DNA of 26,106 nt, from NCBI GenBank assembly GCA_031411295.1, contig JANOAV010000092.1, positions 1 through 26,106 on the forward strand. The letters are read 5' to 3'. Both the position numbers and the translations under genes were made by a program. Below, piece after piece: positions 8,040 to 17,381 of this stretch. The stretch's first letter is position 1. Every line of letters starts with the position of its first letter. This DNA comes from Verrucomicrobiales bacterium (GTDB taxonomy: Bacteria; Verrucomicrobiota; Verrucomicrobiia; Verrucomicrobiales; V1-33). The notes beneath the pieces are model-generated. The model worked only from the letters and a program-made list of their open reading frames with translations. It ran no database searches and was not told the DNA's origin.

Positions 8040-8699
8040 ATGTTTGAGCATCCGAATCTTTTCACGGCCCTGGCCGTCGCCTATGTGATTGGGGCCACGC
8101 CTTTCGGCTATCTGGCCGGGAAATGGCGTGGAATCGACATCCGTGAGCACGGCAGCGGCAATATTGGGGCCACCAATGTGATCCGCGTGCTGGGAAAAAA
8201 GATTGGGATTCCCATCTTCATCCTCGATTTCCTGAAGGGACTGCTTCCCGTGCTGTTATTCCTGAAGGTGGGTGGGGAGAACACGAATCTGGCCATTGCG
8301 GCGGCCTTGGGAGCGGTGTTGGGGCATAATTATACTTTCTGGTTGGGTTACAAAGGCGGCAAGGGCGTGGCCACCTCCGCCGGGGCGCTGCTGGGGTTGG
8401 TGCCCTTGCCCATGCTGATTGTGGTCGCCACTTGGATCATTTTCTTTTTCGCCACCCGCTATGTGGCTGTGGCCTCGATCGCGGCTGGGTTGGTGTTGCC
8501 CGCGGCTACTTGGTGGCAGCAACAGGGGTTTACCCCGGTGGTTTATTTTACGATTGCGCTCTCCACGTTGGTTATTTGGCGGCATCGCTCCAATATTCAA
8601 CGATTGCGCGCTGGAACGGAGAATCGCTTCACCCGGAGAGTCAAATGCGCAGCCCCCGCGGCTGATCTGACAGCGACGTCTGAGGAGGAACAATCATGA
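8040..8699 (+). CDS. plsY: Glycerol-3-phosphate acyltransferase PlsY
   Basis: YVIGATPFG, DIREHGSGNIGATNVIRVLG, DFLKG, GHNY, KGGKGVATSAG and RHRSNIQRL. Start uncertain (ATG at 8025, 8031 or 8040). TTGACA at 8002-8007. Confidence 0.96.
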   Translation: MFEHPNLFTALAVAYVIGATPFGYLAGKWRGIDIREHGSGNIGATNVIRVLGKKIGIPIFILDFLKGLLPVLLFLKVGGENTNLAIAAALGAVLGHNYTFWLGYKGGKGVATSAGALLGLVPLPMLIVVATWIIFFFATRYVAVASIAAGLVLPAATWWQQQGFTPVVYFTIALSTLVIWRHRSNIQRLRAGTENRFTRRVKCAAPAADLTATSEEEQS

Positions 8700-9691
8700 A
8701 GCGCGTTGGGGTGTTGGGATCCGGCAGCTGGGGCACGGCCTTGGCCAGCCTCATGGCTGCGCGCGGAGCGGAGGTGCTCCTGTGGGGTCGGGATCCGGTC
8801 CAGAGTCAGGAAATTAACGAGCAGCGGACCAATAAATCTTACTTACCGAATGCCACTATCCCCACGGGGGTGCGGTCCACCACGGATTTCCGCGATCTGG
8901 AGGGATGTGAGTTACTGTTGTTTGTCCTGCCTTCCAAAGTTACCCGCAATGTGGCCGAACAACTGGCGCAGATTGGCATCAACCCTGAGACGATCCTGCT
9001 CTCCTGCACGAAGGGGATTGAGAAGGATACCGGATTACGCATGACGGAAATTATCCACCAAGTCCTGCCCGCGAATCCAGTGGCGGTGTTGAGCGGTCCG
9101 AATCACGCGGAAGAGATCGCCCAGCGTTTGGCGGCGGCGGCCGTGATTGGCTGTGAGAATGAGGTCGTGGCGCGGAAATTACAGGAATTCTTCACCCTGC
9201 CGTGGTTCCGCACGTATCGCAGTTCCGATGTTAAAGGGATTGAATGGGGTGCGGCCGTCAAGAACGTCTTCGCCATTGCGGCGGGCATTTGTGAAGGTCT
9301 CGGACTGGGAGATAATGCGCGCGCTGCGTTGCTGACCCGCGGTTTGGCGGAAATGATTCGCTTGGGCGAAGCTGAGGGCGGGCGGGCGCTGACTTTTCAG
9401 GGGCTCAGTGGGGTGGGGGATCTCATCGCCACATGCTTCAGTCACCACAGTCGGAACAATCGCGTTGGACGCATGTTAGGCTCGGGACAATCACTGGCGG
9501 AAATTTCCGCCAGCATGCACATGGTGGCGGAAGGGGTGCCCAATGCGGAAAGCATTTACCTGACGGCCCGTCGTCACGGGGTGCGCACGCCGATTATCGA
9601 TCAGATTTACGCCATCCTTTACGAAGGGAAACCCTGTGCGGCGGCCTTGACCGAACTGCTTTCGCGCGATCCCCGAGCGGAACATGAATAA
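8696..9691 (+). CDS. gpsA: NAD(P)H-dependent glycerol-3-phosphate dehydrogenase
   Basis: GSGSWGTA, TKGIE, LSGPNHAEE, KNVFAIAAG and GVGDLIATCFSHHSRN. ATGA overlap with plsY. Confidence 0.97.
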   Translation: MKRVGVLGSGSWGTALASLMAARGAEVLLWGRDPVQSQEINEQRTNKSYLPNATIPTGVRSTTDFRDLEGCELLLFVLPSKVTRNVAEQLAQIGINPETILLSCTKGIEKDTGLRMTEIIHQVLPANPVAVLSGPNHAEEIAQRLAAAAVIGCENEVVARKLQEFFTLPWFRTYRSSDVKGIEWGAAVKNVFAIAAGICEGLGLGDNARAALLTRGLAEMIRLGEAEGGRALTFQGLSGVGDLIATCFSHHSRNNRVGRMLGSGQSLAEISASMHMVAEGVPNAESIYLTARRHGVRTPIIDQIYAILYEGKPCAAALTELLSRDPRAEHE

Positions 9692-9696
9692 GCGAT

Positions 9697-10596
9697 ATGA
9701 GTGATTTACCAATGCGAGTTTTAGTAGTGGGGAGCGGTGGTCGCTTAGGTGCGGCGGTGGTGCGGCATTTGCGGGAACTGCCGGCCCGCTTCCGGGTTGT
9801 GGCGTATGACCACAAGGCCATGGATTTACTGCGGCCAGGGCAGATCGACGATCATTTGGAAGGCATTCAATTCGATGCGCTGATTAATTGCGCGGCCCTC
9901 ACAAGCTTGGAGGTCTGCGAAGATCGCCCAGAGGATGCCAGCCAGATCAATTGCCATGCCCCGGAGCAAATGGCGTTCATTTGCCTGCGCAAGAAAGCGC
10001 GCATGATTCAGATCAGCACGGACTATGTCTATGACGGCAGCGTGCCGGGGCAGAAAACGGAGGAATCACCCACCGGACCATTGGGAACGTATGCCCGCAC
10101 GAAGTTGGCGGGGGATGAAGCGGTGCTGGCGGTGAGTGCGAACTTTCTGATCGCCCGCGTTTCCTGGGTCTTTGGGCCGGATCGACCCAGTTTCGTGGAT
10201 CAACTGTTATTGCAAGCCCGCACTCACGACCACGTGGAGGCAATTGCCGATAAATTTTCCACCCCCACTTCCGCGCTGGATTTAGCCCGCTGGCTGGCCC
10301 TGCTGCTGGAGCAGCCTGAGGTGGCGGGAGTTCTGAATTTGTGCAACACCGGCACCGCATCCTGGCACACGTATGCTTCCTACGCGCTGGAAGTAGCCCG
10401 GGAACTTGGCTGGCCGCAGCGTGCAGTTTCCGTGGTCCCGACGAATTTGGCGGACATCAAATCATTCCGCAGTCCCCGCCCCATCCATACCAGCATGGAC
10501 TGCGGCAAGCTTTCCCGCATAATAAGTAGAGAAATTCCTTCATGGCGCGACGCTTTACGGGAATATTTGACGACTTATTACGTCCTATCCTCATAG
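9697..10596 (+). CDS. rfbD: dTDP-4-dehydrorhamnose reductase (RmlD/RfbD, extended SDR)
   Basis: GSGGRLG, INCAALT, ISTDYVYDG, catalytic YARTK, RVSWVFG and SPRP. Starts 5 bp after the gpsA stop. Confidence 0.9.
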   Translation: MSDLPMRVLVVGSGGRLGAAVVRHLRELPARFRVVAYDHKAMDLLRPGQIDDHLEGIQFDALINCAALTSLEVCEDRPEDASQINCHAPEQMAFICLRKKARMIQISTDYVYDGSVPGQKTEESPTGPLGTYARTKLAGDEAVLAVSANFLIARVSWVFGPDRPSFVDQLLLQARTHDHVEAIADKFSTPTSALDLARWLALLLEQPEVAGVLNLCNTGTASWHTYASYALEVARELGWPQRAVSVVPTNLADIKSFRSPRPIHTSMDCGKLSRIISREIPSWRDALREYLTTYYVLSS

Positions 10597-10651
10597 CTGG
10601 CGGATCTATTTTCTCCTGCTCTTATCCCAACCCCAATCCAAAAATCATAAA

Positions 10652-11617
10652 ATGAATTTTCGTCTTCTAACCACTACCTTACTGGCCACCCTAGGCCTCA
10701 ATGCCGCCCAGGCCGCCCTGACTTGGACGGAGGATTTCACTGCTGCCAAAGAAACCGCCGCCAAGGAAAAGAAGGATTTGCTGATGGACTTCACGGGTTC
10801 CGACTGGTGCAGCTGGTGCATCAAATTGCGCAGCGAAGTCTTTGAGAAAGCAGAGTTTGAAGCAGCGGCCCCCAAATCCTTTGTCCTCGTCGAATTGGAC
10901 TACCCGCAGTCCAAGGCGCAGGATGAAAAGATCAAAGCGCAAAACAAAACCCTTCAGGAAACCTTCGCGATCGAAGGCTTTCCGACTGTGATTCTAGCAG
11001 ACGCCACTGGCCGTGCTTATGCCAAGACCGGCTATGCCCCCGGTGGGCCCGAGGCCTACTTGAAGAGTCTGGACGAACTCCGCGCCACCCGTGAGAAGCG
11101 GGATGCTGCTTTCAGTAAAGCCGAAAAAGCCGAAGGCATCGAGAAAGCGAAAGCCATCGACGAAGGCCTCAAGGCGATGGATTCTGAAATCGTTGATGCC
11201 CACTATGACAAAGAAGTGGAAATGATTATCAGCTTGGACAAAGAAGACACCTTGGGCCGTAAAAAGGGCCAAGAGATGGCCAAAGCCAGCAAGGAACTCG
11301 AAACCAAGCTGCAAGAGCTGCATGGAGCCAAAGATTTTGACGGCTTTGGCAAAACGATCGATGATTTTGTCGCCAAGTGGAAATTGGAAGGTGAGGAAAA
11401 ACAACGCGTGCTGATGAACAAATTTGCCGTCTTCGGCCCTGATAAATTGGACCAAGCGGACGCCTTGGCCGATGAAATCATCAAGGTTGATGCCACCACC
11501 ACCATCGGCAAGCAAGCCGCTGGCATCAAAGGACAAATTGTTTCGATGCGCAAAAAAGCGGCAGAACCAGAACCTGCAGAACCTGTCGAAAAGAAGCCGA
11601 CCAAAGCAGAAAAGTAA
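10652..11617 (+). CDS. Secreted thioredoxin-fold protein (WCSWC) with C-terminal helical extension
   Basis: Signal peptide ending AQA-A, then MDFTGSDWCSWC (10805-10819 for WCSWC), cis-Pro loop GFPT and a charged helical C-terminal half. Confidence 0.9.
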   Translation: MNFRLLTTTLLATLGLNAAQAALTWTEDFTAAKETAAKEKKDLLMDFTGSDWCSWCIKLRSEVFEKAEFEAAAPKSFVLVELDYPQSKAQDEKIKAQNKTLQETFAIEGFPTVILADATGRAYAKTGYAPGGPEAYLKSLDELRATREKRDAAFSKAEKAEGIEKAKAIDEGLKAMDSEIVDAHYDKEVEMIISLDKEDTLGRKKGQEMAKASKELETKLQELHGAKDFDGFGKTIDDFVAKWKLEGEEKQRVLMNKFAVFGPDKLDQADALADEIIKVDATTTIGKQAAGIKGQIVSMRKKAAEPEPAEPVEKKPTKAEK

Positions 11618-11659
11618 GAAATTAGCTCGAGTCTCCGGACCAATAGGCTAAATTTAGTT

Positions 11660-11703
11660 GCCGCCCTAACTGCGTTAAATGCCAGTTAGGGCGGCTTGCT
11701 GTT
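11660..11703 (+). terminator. Probable intrinsic terminator hairpin after the thioredoxin gene
   Basis: GCCGCCCTAACTG (11660-11672) pairs with CAGTTAGGGCGGC (11683-11695) as a 13-bp perfect stem. The tail TTGCTGTT is only weakly U-rich. Confidence 0.55.
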
Positions 11704-11724
11704 ACCATCCCAATCACCAAGCCC

Positions 11725-12300
11725 ATGCCAACGCCTCTCCGCATCGCCCCGTTCTTGTTCGCCCTGCTGTGCTTTCTGTTGCCATTTGCGGAGATTGCTT
11801 GCGAGAATAAGCAATCATTTGCCGGGACTCAGAACTCGATGAAACTCACTGGCTGGGAGTTGCTGACCGGCAATACGACAGACCCGGACAAGACGCAGAG
11901 GTCGCAGAAATTCCAGTCGCATGATCCGAATTATCTCCTCGTCGCCACCGTGGCGCTGTTGGTGTTGGGGTTGTTGGCGGTGGCCAACGACGGCACGCGC
12001 TGGCTGGGCTTGCTCTGTGCGGTGGCTGCCAGTGGCTGCCTGTTTTATTTGTCCTATAACCTGAAGGAAAACCTGCTTCCAGCGCAGGCGGGATCGGAGA
12101 AAACGACGGCCAAGTCGTCAGGAGCGGATTTCTCGCTGCCCGATTTCGATAAGCTGGGCCAGGAACTGGTGCTCAAAAGCTTAACCATCAAGCCGGAGCC
12201 CGGACTCTTCGCCAGCATCGGCTGCGCGGTTTTGGCGGCTGTCTTTGCCGGCCTGCCAAGGGGAGGCTCGAGGTCAGGGAAACTGAACTTTCCATCGTAA
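11725..12300 (+). CDS. Hypothetical integral membrane protein (about 4 TM helices)
   Basis: Hydrophobic segments FLFALLCFLLPF, LLVATVALLVLGLLAV, WLGLLCAVAASGCLFYL and GLFASIGCAVLAAVFAG. Fills the gap between neighbours with GC-rich third codon positions. Confidence 0.75.
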   Translation: MPTPLRIAPFLFALLCFLLPFAEIACENKQSFAGTQNSMKLTGWELLTGNTTDPDKTQRSQKFQSHDPNYLLVATVALLVLGLLAVANDGTRWLGLLCAVAASGCLFYLSYNLKENLLPAQAGSEKTTAKSSGADFSLPDFDKLGQELVLKSLTIKPEPGLFASIGCAVLAAVFAGLPRGGSRSGKLNFPS

Positions 12301-12403
12301 TTTCGCATTTTTCCGATTTTTTTTACGTTACAATTGGTCGAAGACCTTTTAGGCTTGAATTTCCCTAGGTAAAATCCTTAGTATTTAGGACCCTCCCGAT
12401 CCC
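12301..12403 (+). promoter_or_regulatory. AT-rich promoter region of the secretin gene
   Basis: TTGAAT (12355-12360), 18 nt, TAGTAT (12379-12384), with T-tracts upstream. Confidence 0.4.
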
Positions 12404-14953
12404 ATGACTCAACCGATGTCCCACCATCCTGTAACGCCCCGTCTGCAGCCTACGCTGTCGTTTGGCTTGCGACCTTCTTTTGTCTTTGCGGTAGCTTCCG
12501 GGCTGCTGCTGGCCGGAGGCATGGCCGGCAACAATGCGGCGGGTCCACCAACCGTGGTCGGCAGCATGGAGGCAGAGATCACGAAACGTCTGGCTGCGAC
12601 CCAGGAAGCTGCGGCCTTGGTGGCAGAGGGAGACAGGCTGCGCGATGACAAAGATTACGCGGCGGCCATTGATAAATATCGCAAGGCAGTCGATTTACTC
12701 CCGCTGGCTCCGATGGTAGCGAAGCAACGGTCCGAGGCTTTACAGCGTTACGCTGACACCGCCGTAGTGCAGGCCAGGCTGCTGGGGAATGAAGGACGGT
12801 TTGAGGATGCCAACAATCTGCTGGGAGCTGTGCTGGATCCGCTGATGCTCCCGGACCATCCAGGTGCACTTCGTTTGAACGCACAGCTTAAAGACCCGGA
12901 CCGCTTCAATCCTTCCATGAGCCCAGACTTCCACGCCAAGATAACCAAGGTGCAGAAGTTGCTGGAACTCGCCAATGGCTTTGTGGAAATCGGAGATTTC
13001 AACACCGCCTTGGAAGCCTACAAGCAAATCGTCCTGGTGGATAAGCATAACACTGCGGCGCAACGCGGAATGGAGAAGTGCGAAAAACTGATTGCCGACT
13101 ACCAGTTGGCAGTCCGGGACCACACGCGTGCCAAAGCCCTAACCCAAGTCGATAAGCAGTGGGAAACGGCGGTGCCGGATACCCTGCTGACGCCCCGTCT
13201 GCCGGGCGCGAATCAAGGCTCCAAGGTGCCGGCCATGGCCAGCAAACTGCGCGGCATCATTTTCCCCCGGGTCAGTTTTGAAGCGGCTGACCTCTCTGAA
13301 GTGGTGCAATTTCTCGTGGCCAAGTGCCGGGAATACGATCAGTTCGAAGCCGACCCTGACAAAAAGGGCATCAACATCATCATCAAGTTAAACGGAGCCG
13401 AGCAGGCAAAGTTGCCGAAGATAACCCTCAATCTATCCGAACTGCCGCTCTATCAAGTGCTGGATTACGTGGCTGATCAGACCGGGACGAAGTGGAAACT
13501 GGCCGATGGCTTGGTGTCCTTTTCCTCCGTCGTTTCCGCTGGCAATAGACTCAATACGCGGATCTTCTCCGTTCCGCCTGGATTCCTCTCCGGTGCCCCT
13601 GTAGGTGATCCTATTAGTGCCACGAATGACCCGTTTGCCACGCCCACGCCGGGCTCTAGTGCCTCTACGGGTATTGTGATTCAAAAGGTTGGAGCCCAGG
13701 ACTTCTTGGAAAAGAGCGGCATTCCGTTCCCAAAAGGAGCAAGCGCTTCGTTTGATCGTGGTAACAGTCGCTTGGTGGTGACGAACACGGATGAAAATCT
13801 GGATGCGATCGAAGTCTTTGTTTCGCAAATCGTCTCCAAGGCCACCAAGAGTGCGCTGATCCGGGTGACCAAGCTGGAAATCAATCAGAGTGATTTGGAA
13901 GAGATGGGCTTTGATGTGTTGCTGGGGCAATTTAACCTCGGTAAACGTCTCTTCGGCGGTGGTGGCACCTATGGCACTAAAGGCACCCCATCAGCCCCCG
14001 GGCAAGACTATCCATTTCTCGATCCTTCTGTCGGCTCCGGCAGTTCTGTCCCCACTGGCCAGCTTCCACTCACTGGGGGGCTGCGAGGATCCAGTGACAT
14101 TAATTCGGTCCCGACACTCCAATCGCTGCTCCAATCAGATCGCTACGCCGCCCCGCCCAGTAAGCTTTCCCCGGGTATCTTCGGACTGGTGGGAGCCTTT
14201 ACCGATCCTCAATTCCAGTTCGTGATGCGAGCCCTGAACCAGAAGAAGGGCACAGACCTGATGACCTCGACCGAAATTCTCGTCAAGAGTGGTTCTGTCG
14301 CTAGGGCTCGGTCCGTTAGGGAACTTTCTTTCCCCACGGATTTTGACCCTGCGCAAATTCCGCAGAGTGTGAACAATGATCAAGGCGTCTTCATCGATCC
14401 TACGACGGGCCTAGCTGGTGCCCAGACGGGCCAGGGGGAAGCCCCCATCACCCCAGCCTCCCCCACCTCCTTCAAGATGGAGGAAATTGGCAACGTGCTG
14501 GATGTGGAGGCAACGATCGCGGAAGACAATACTTCTGTCGATTTGCGATTGGCTCCCGTCTTCACTGAGTTCCTTGGGTTCATTAACTACGGCAACCCCA
14601 TCAACCGCTTCGACCGGAATGGAAATCCTTACGTGGTCTCCCGAAATCAGATTGTGCAGCCGATCTTTGAGCGCATCCGCACCAGCAATCCCACGACGGT
14701 CACGGTGTATGATGGCAATACCATCGCCTTCGGTGGGTTGAAGCAATCCTCGATCAACGAGATCAATGATAAGGTGCCGATCCTAGGAGATATTCCGTTG
14801 ATTGGCCGACTTTTCAAGAGCCATACCAAGTCCTCCCAGCGCAAAGCGGTCATCCTCTTTGTGACCGTCAACATCGTCGATCCTGCCGGCCGCCGCATTG
14901 CCCCGCAGCGCGGAGGAGCGGATCAACCAATCGCTGGAACCACGGGAGAGTAA
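12404..14953 (+). CDS. Outer-membrane secretin with N-terminal TPR region (Amuc_1098-like type II secretion/type IV pilus secretin)
   Basis: Signal-like hydrophobic N-terminus, TPR helices, STN/N-domain-like segments (IFPRVSFEAADLSEVVQFL; SRLVVTNTDENLDAIE) and the C-terminal secretin signature DKVPILGDIPLIGRLFKS. Confidence 0.9.
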   Translation: MTQPMSHHPVTPRLQPTLSFGLRPSFVFAVASGLLLAGGMAGNNAAGPPTVVGSMEAEITKRLAATQEAAALVAEGDRLRDDKDYAAAIDKYRKAVDLLPLAPMVAKQRSEALQRYADTAVVQARLLGNEGRFEDANNLLGAVLDPLMLPDHPGALRLNAQLKDPDRFNPSMSPDFHAKITKVQKLLELANGFVEIGDFNTALEAYKQIVLVDKHNTAAQRGMEKCEKLIADYQLAVRDHTRAKALTQVDKQWETAVPDTLLTPRLPGANQGSKVPAMASKLRGIIFPRVSFEAADLSEVVQFLVAKCREYDQFEADPDKKGINIIIKLNGAEQAKLPKITLNLSELPLYQVLDYVADQTGTKWKLADGLVSFSSVVSAGNRLNTRIFSVPPGFLSGAPVGDPISATNDPFATPTPGSSASTGIVIQKVGAQDFLEKSGIPFPKGASASFDRGNSRLVVTNTDENLDAIEVFVSQIVSKATKSALIRVTKLEINQSDLEEMGFDVLLGQFNLGKRLFGGGGTYGTKGTPSAPGQDYPFLDPSVGSGSSVPTGQLPLTGGLRGSSDINSVPTLQSLLQSDRYAAPPSKLSPGIFGLVGAFTDPQFQFVMRALNQKKGTDLMTSTEILVKSGSVARARSVRELSFPTDFDPAQIPQSVNNDQGVFIDPTTGLAGAQTGQGEAPITPASPTSFKMEEIGNVLDVEATIAEDNTSVDLRLAPVFTEFLGFINYGNPINRFDRNGNPYVVSRNQIVQPIFERIRTSNPTTVTVYDGNTIAFGGLKQSSINEINDKVPILGDIPLIGRLFKSHTKSSQRKAVILFVTVNIVDPAGRRIAPQRGGADQPIAGTTGE

Positions 14954-15017
14954 GTATTTCCGTTCCGCCCGCGCTGATTGCTGACCTCCAGTCATTAGCC
15001 TCAATTGTCCACCGACC

Positions 15018-16433
15018 ATGCCCCCAGATACCGATCCCGCATCCGACAAATCCAGTTATTCCGTGCAGGAAATAATGGACCGCCTCAAGCACGAAGGGGG
15101 TTCTGGCGGCTCGCGGCGGCGGCGGAGTGTGCAGCAGAAAGTCGTCACCAAAAAGCGACGGCAGTTCGGGTTGATCTTCATATTCCTAGCTGTCTTCCTG
15201 GTGTTGGGTGCCATTGTGGTCTTCCAAATGCTCAATCGGGCCCGGATCGAAGGGGAAATGTTCCGGCAGGCCGTAAGTCAGCAATTGGGTAGCCTGCTGG
15301 GCGTGGAAGTCGATTGTGACCGCTTACGCCCCGACGGACTCTACAGCCTGTCCTCCCCGAATTTACGCCTCAAATCCTCCGCTAATGTGCTCAAAGAGGG
15401 GTTGGCAAAAAATTTAGCCGCCTCCATGACCAGCACCAGCTTCTGGCGGGATGAATGGGATATCCTGACCCTGAGCATGGATGAGGCGAGCCTGACATTC
15501 CGTCCGTTGGTGCCTCAAGGATCCTCAACTGGCAGGGCCGCATCCGTTCCTTTGGCGGCCAAGGATGGCTTCCGCATGGGTTTGTCCTCTGCGCCAGCGG
15601 TGGTGACCATTCAGAATCTCCAATGCGCCAACCTGAATCTTGCCTGGCCTGGCAGTGGTGAAAAGACCAACCGCATCCAAGGGTTGACCGCCAGCGGCAG
15701 TTTTACTGAGCAGACCTTCAAGGTCCAGGCTTCCGGCGGGCGCTGGACAGGGGGGATCTGGCCGGATGTGCCCGTGGAAACCATCAGTTTCACGTATCGC
15801 GATGGACACGCAGAAATAGAAAATGCCCGTTTCCGGACCGGTGAGAAAACCCGGATCCGTGTTTCCGGGCCCATTGATTTCACCCCGGCAGGGCCCCAGG
15901 GGGAATTGGACGTGAAAATCGATCCGGTGCCGCTGACCGATCTGATGAGCCCAGTGTGGCAACGTCGCCTCCATGGCAAATACAGCCCCGGAACCGCCCG
16001 CTACACCATCACTCCAGGTGCCTTGGATGAGTTTTCTGGTGACTTCACGATGGACGGACTGGTGTTAGAAAAGATGCCCGGCCTGGCTGCTCTCTCAAAA
16101 TTTTTCAAGAGTCAATTATATGAAAAGCTCGAGTTCCGCCAGTTTTCCGCGCATTTCAAACGGACCAACGAGTCCCTCATCGTTGATAAAATCAAGGCCA
16201 TGCGTCATGGGGAATGCATTCTAACCGGAGCCATCGAAATCAAACGGGATGGAGCTCTCTCCGGCACCCTTCGTCTGGCTCTCAACACCATCGAAACCGG
16301 CCTCCCTCAGTTCTCTGGAGAGGAGGATGGCTTGGACTTGATCGACTTCACCCTCAGCGGAACCGAGACCGATCCCCAAGACAGCCTGAGCGAAAAATTT
16401 CCCGCCCCAGCGACTCCGCCAGAGGCTAAATAA
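15018..16433 (+). CDS. Membrane-anchored beta-rich periplasmic protein, AsmA-like
   Basis: Basic cytoplasmic N-terminus (RRRRSVQQKVVTKKRRQ), a single TM helix, alternating beta-strand patterns and a C-terminal ILTGAIEIKRDGALSGTLRL...FTLSGTETDP resembling AsmA C-termini. The ORF is solid; the family call is tentative. Confidence 0.6.
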   Translation: MPPDTDPASDKSSYSVQEIMDRLKHEGGSGGSRRRRSVQQKVVTKKRRQFGLIFIFLAVFLVLGAIVVFQMLNRARIEGEMFRQAVSQQLGSLLGVEVDCDRLRPDGLYSLSSPNLRLKSSANVLKEGLAKNLAASMTSTSFWRDEWDILTLSMDEASLTFRPLVPQGSSTGRAASVPLAAKDGFRMGLSSAPAVVTIQNLQCANLNLAWPGSGEKTNRIQGLTASGSFTEQTFKVQASGGRWTGGIWPDVPVETISFTYRDGHAEIENARFRTGEKTRIRVSGPIDFTPAGPQGELDVKIDPVPLTDLMSPVWQRRLHGKYSPGTARYTITPGALDEFSGDFTMDGLVLEKMPGLAALSKFFKSQLYEKLEFRQFSAHFKRTNESLIVDKIKAMRHGECILTGAIEIKRDGALSGTLRLALNTIETGLPQFSGEEDGLDLIDFTLSGTETDPQDSLSEKFPAPATPPEAK

Positions 16434-16436
16434 GGC

Positions 16437-17210
16437 CTAGACGGAGAACGCAGCTTCCACCAGTCGCAGGTATTCCTCCTTGTGATGCACCTTCAGATCC
16501 AGCCACTCCTGCTGCGATTTTCCCAGCATCCCGCTGAGCATCAGCAAGGCTGCCCCCAGCGCGCCGGGACGGGGTTGCAGCTTCCCTTGCTTGGTGAAAT
16601 GCAGCCCTGTGCAGGCCACGGAGAACTCCGCCGGAAGCAACGGTAACCACGGCACAAAGTCACCTTCGTTTAAAAAAGTGAAAGCCTGGGGGCCATGGTG
16701 TTCCTCCACCGCCGCCGCAAAGGTATCGTCACCCACCTTCGGCATGCCAAAGGTATAGAGTCCGTCCACCCGACGATCCTGTTCCACCCGCCACCGCATC
16801 ATCGCCAGCAAGGCCAGGGCGCCGCCCAAGCTGTGTCCGGTAAACCACACCGTGCGACCCGTGGCGCGTTCGTTGATGCGCGGGACCAACTGCTCCCAGA
16901 CTGCATCCAAAGCCTCCAGAAAACCCGCATGGACCCGCCCCTCCGCTGGCCAGGAGACCAACTCGACCGTGGCATTGTTGATCCAATCATTCACGGTCAC
17001 GCTCCCACGGAAACTCACCACCAATTGATCTTCATCAGTAAACAAAAATCCTTCCGTGTCCCACGCAGCAAAGGGCTCGATCTGCCCCTGCACATGGGAG
17101 CGCGCCAGCACGGCGGCAATCTCGGCCGCGTCATCAAAATACGCTGCACGCGAGGCGCGTGCCAGCAACAGCGCGCGCGCAGGATCCAAATTTTCGGGTA
17201 ATGATTCCAT
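16437..17210 (-). CDS. Class 3 lipase
   Basis: VSFRGS, VHAGFL, nucleophile elbow FTGHSLGGALA, YTFGMPKVGD, NEGDFVP and a late His (VHHKEEY). No signal peptide. Start at ATG 17210, alternative 17228. Confidence 0.92.
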   Translation of the reverse strand: MESLPENLDPARALLLARASRAAYFDDAAEIAAVLARSHVQGQIEPFAAWDTEGFLFTDEDQLVVSFRGSVTVNDWINNATVELVSWPAEGRVHAGFLEALDAVWEQLVPRINERATGRTVWFTGHSLGGALALLAMMRWRVEQDRRVDGLYTFGMPKVGDDTFAAAVEEHHGPQAFTFLNEGDFVPWLPLLPAEFSVACTGLHFTKQGKLQPRPGALGAALLMLSGMLGKSQQEWLDLKVHHKEEYLRLVEAAFSV

Positions 17211-17266
17211 AGTCGCCCTGCTTAACATGAAATCAGCAACCCGCCAAGTTCATACTTCATCCCAAA

Positions 17267-17360
17267 GGAGCCGTCATCGCTCCGCGTCACGGAAGACTTT
17301 CCGTGGCGCAAAAATTCTTGATAGATTTCCCACGCCGTGGCGCGTAGCTTTGGTTCCTCC
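17267..17360. repeat. Degenerate REP-like element, family C
   Basis: GGAG-CCGTCATCGCTCCGCGTCACGG at 17267-17292 shares TCATCGCTCCGCGT with 18262-18275. A possible eroded inverted partner ends in CTCC at 17335-17360. Confidence 0.55.
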
Positions 17361-17381
17361 ATTTCTTCGATAATCCACTGC

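Noticed and set aside
10994..11643. Long antisense ORFs (180 and 146 aa) opposite the thioredoxin gene
   Set aside because: Shadow frames of a strongly biased gene. The same applies to 3081-3590, 5000-5572, 13433-13930, 17385-17987 and 19431-19955.
11660..11695. Hairpin as a fifth REP family
   Set aside because: It has no GTAG/GGAG/GTGG foot and no second copy in the window. A terminator is the simpler explanation.
17337..17381. GTG-started extension of the metallophosphoesterase
   Set aside because: It lies in degenerate REP and promoter sequence. ATG 17382 gives a proper RR N-terminus 7 nt after GATAAT.
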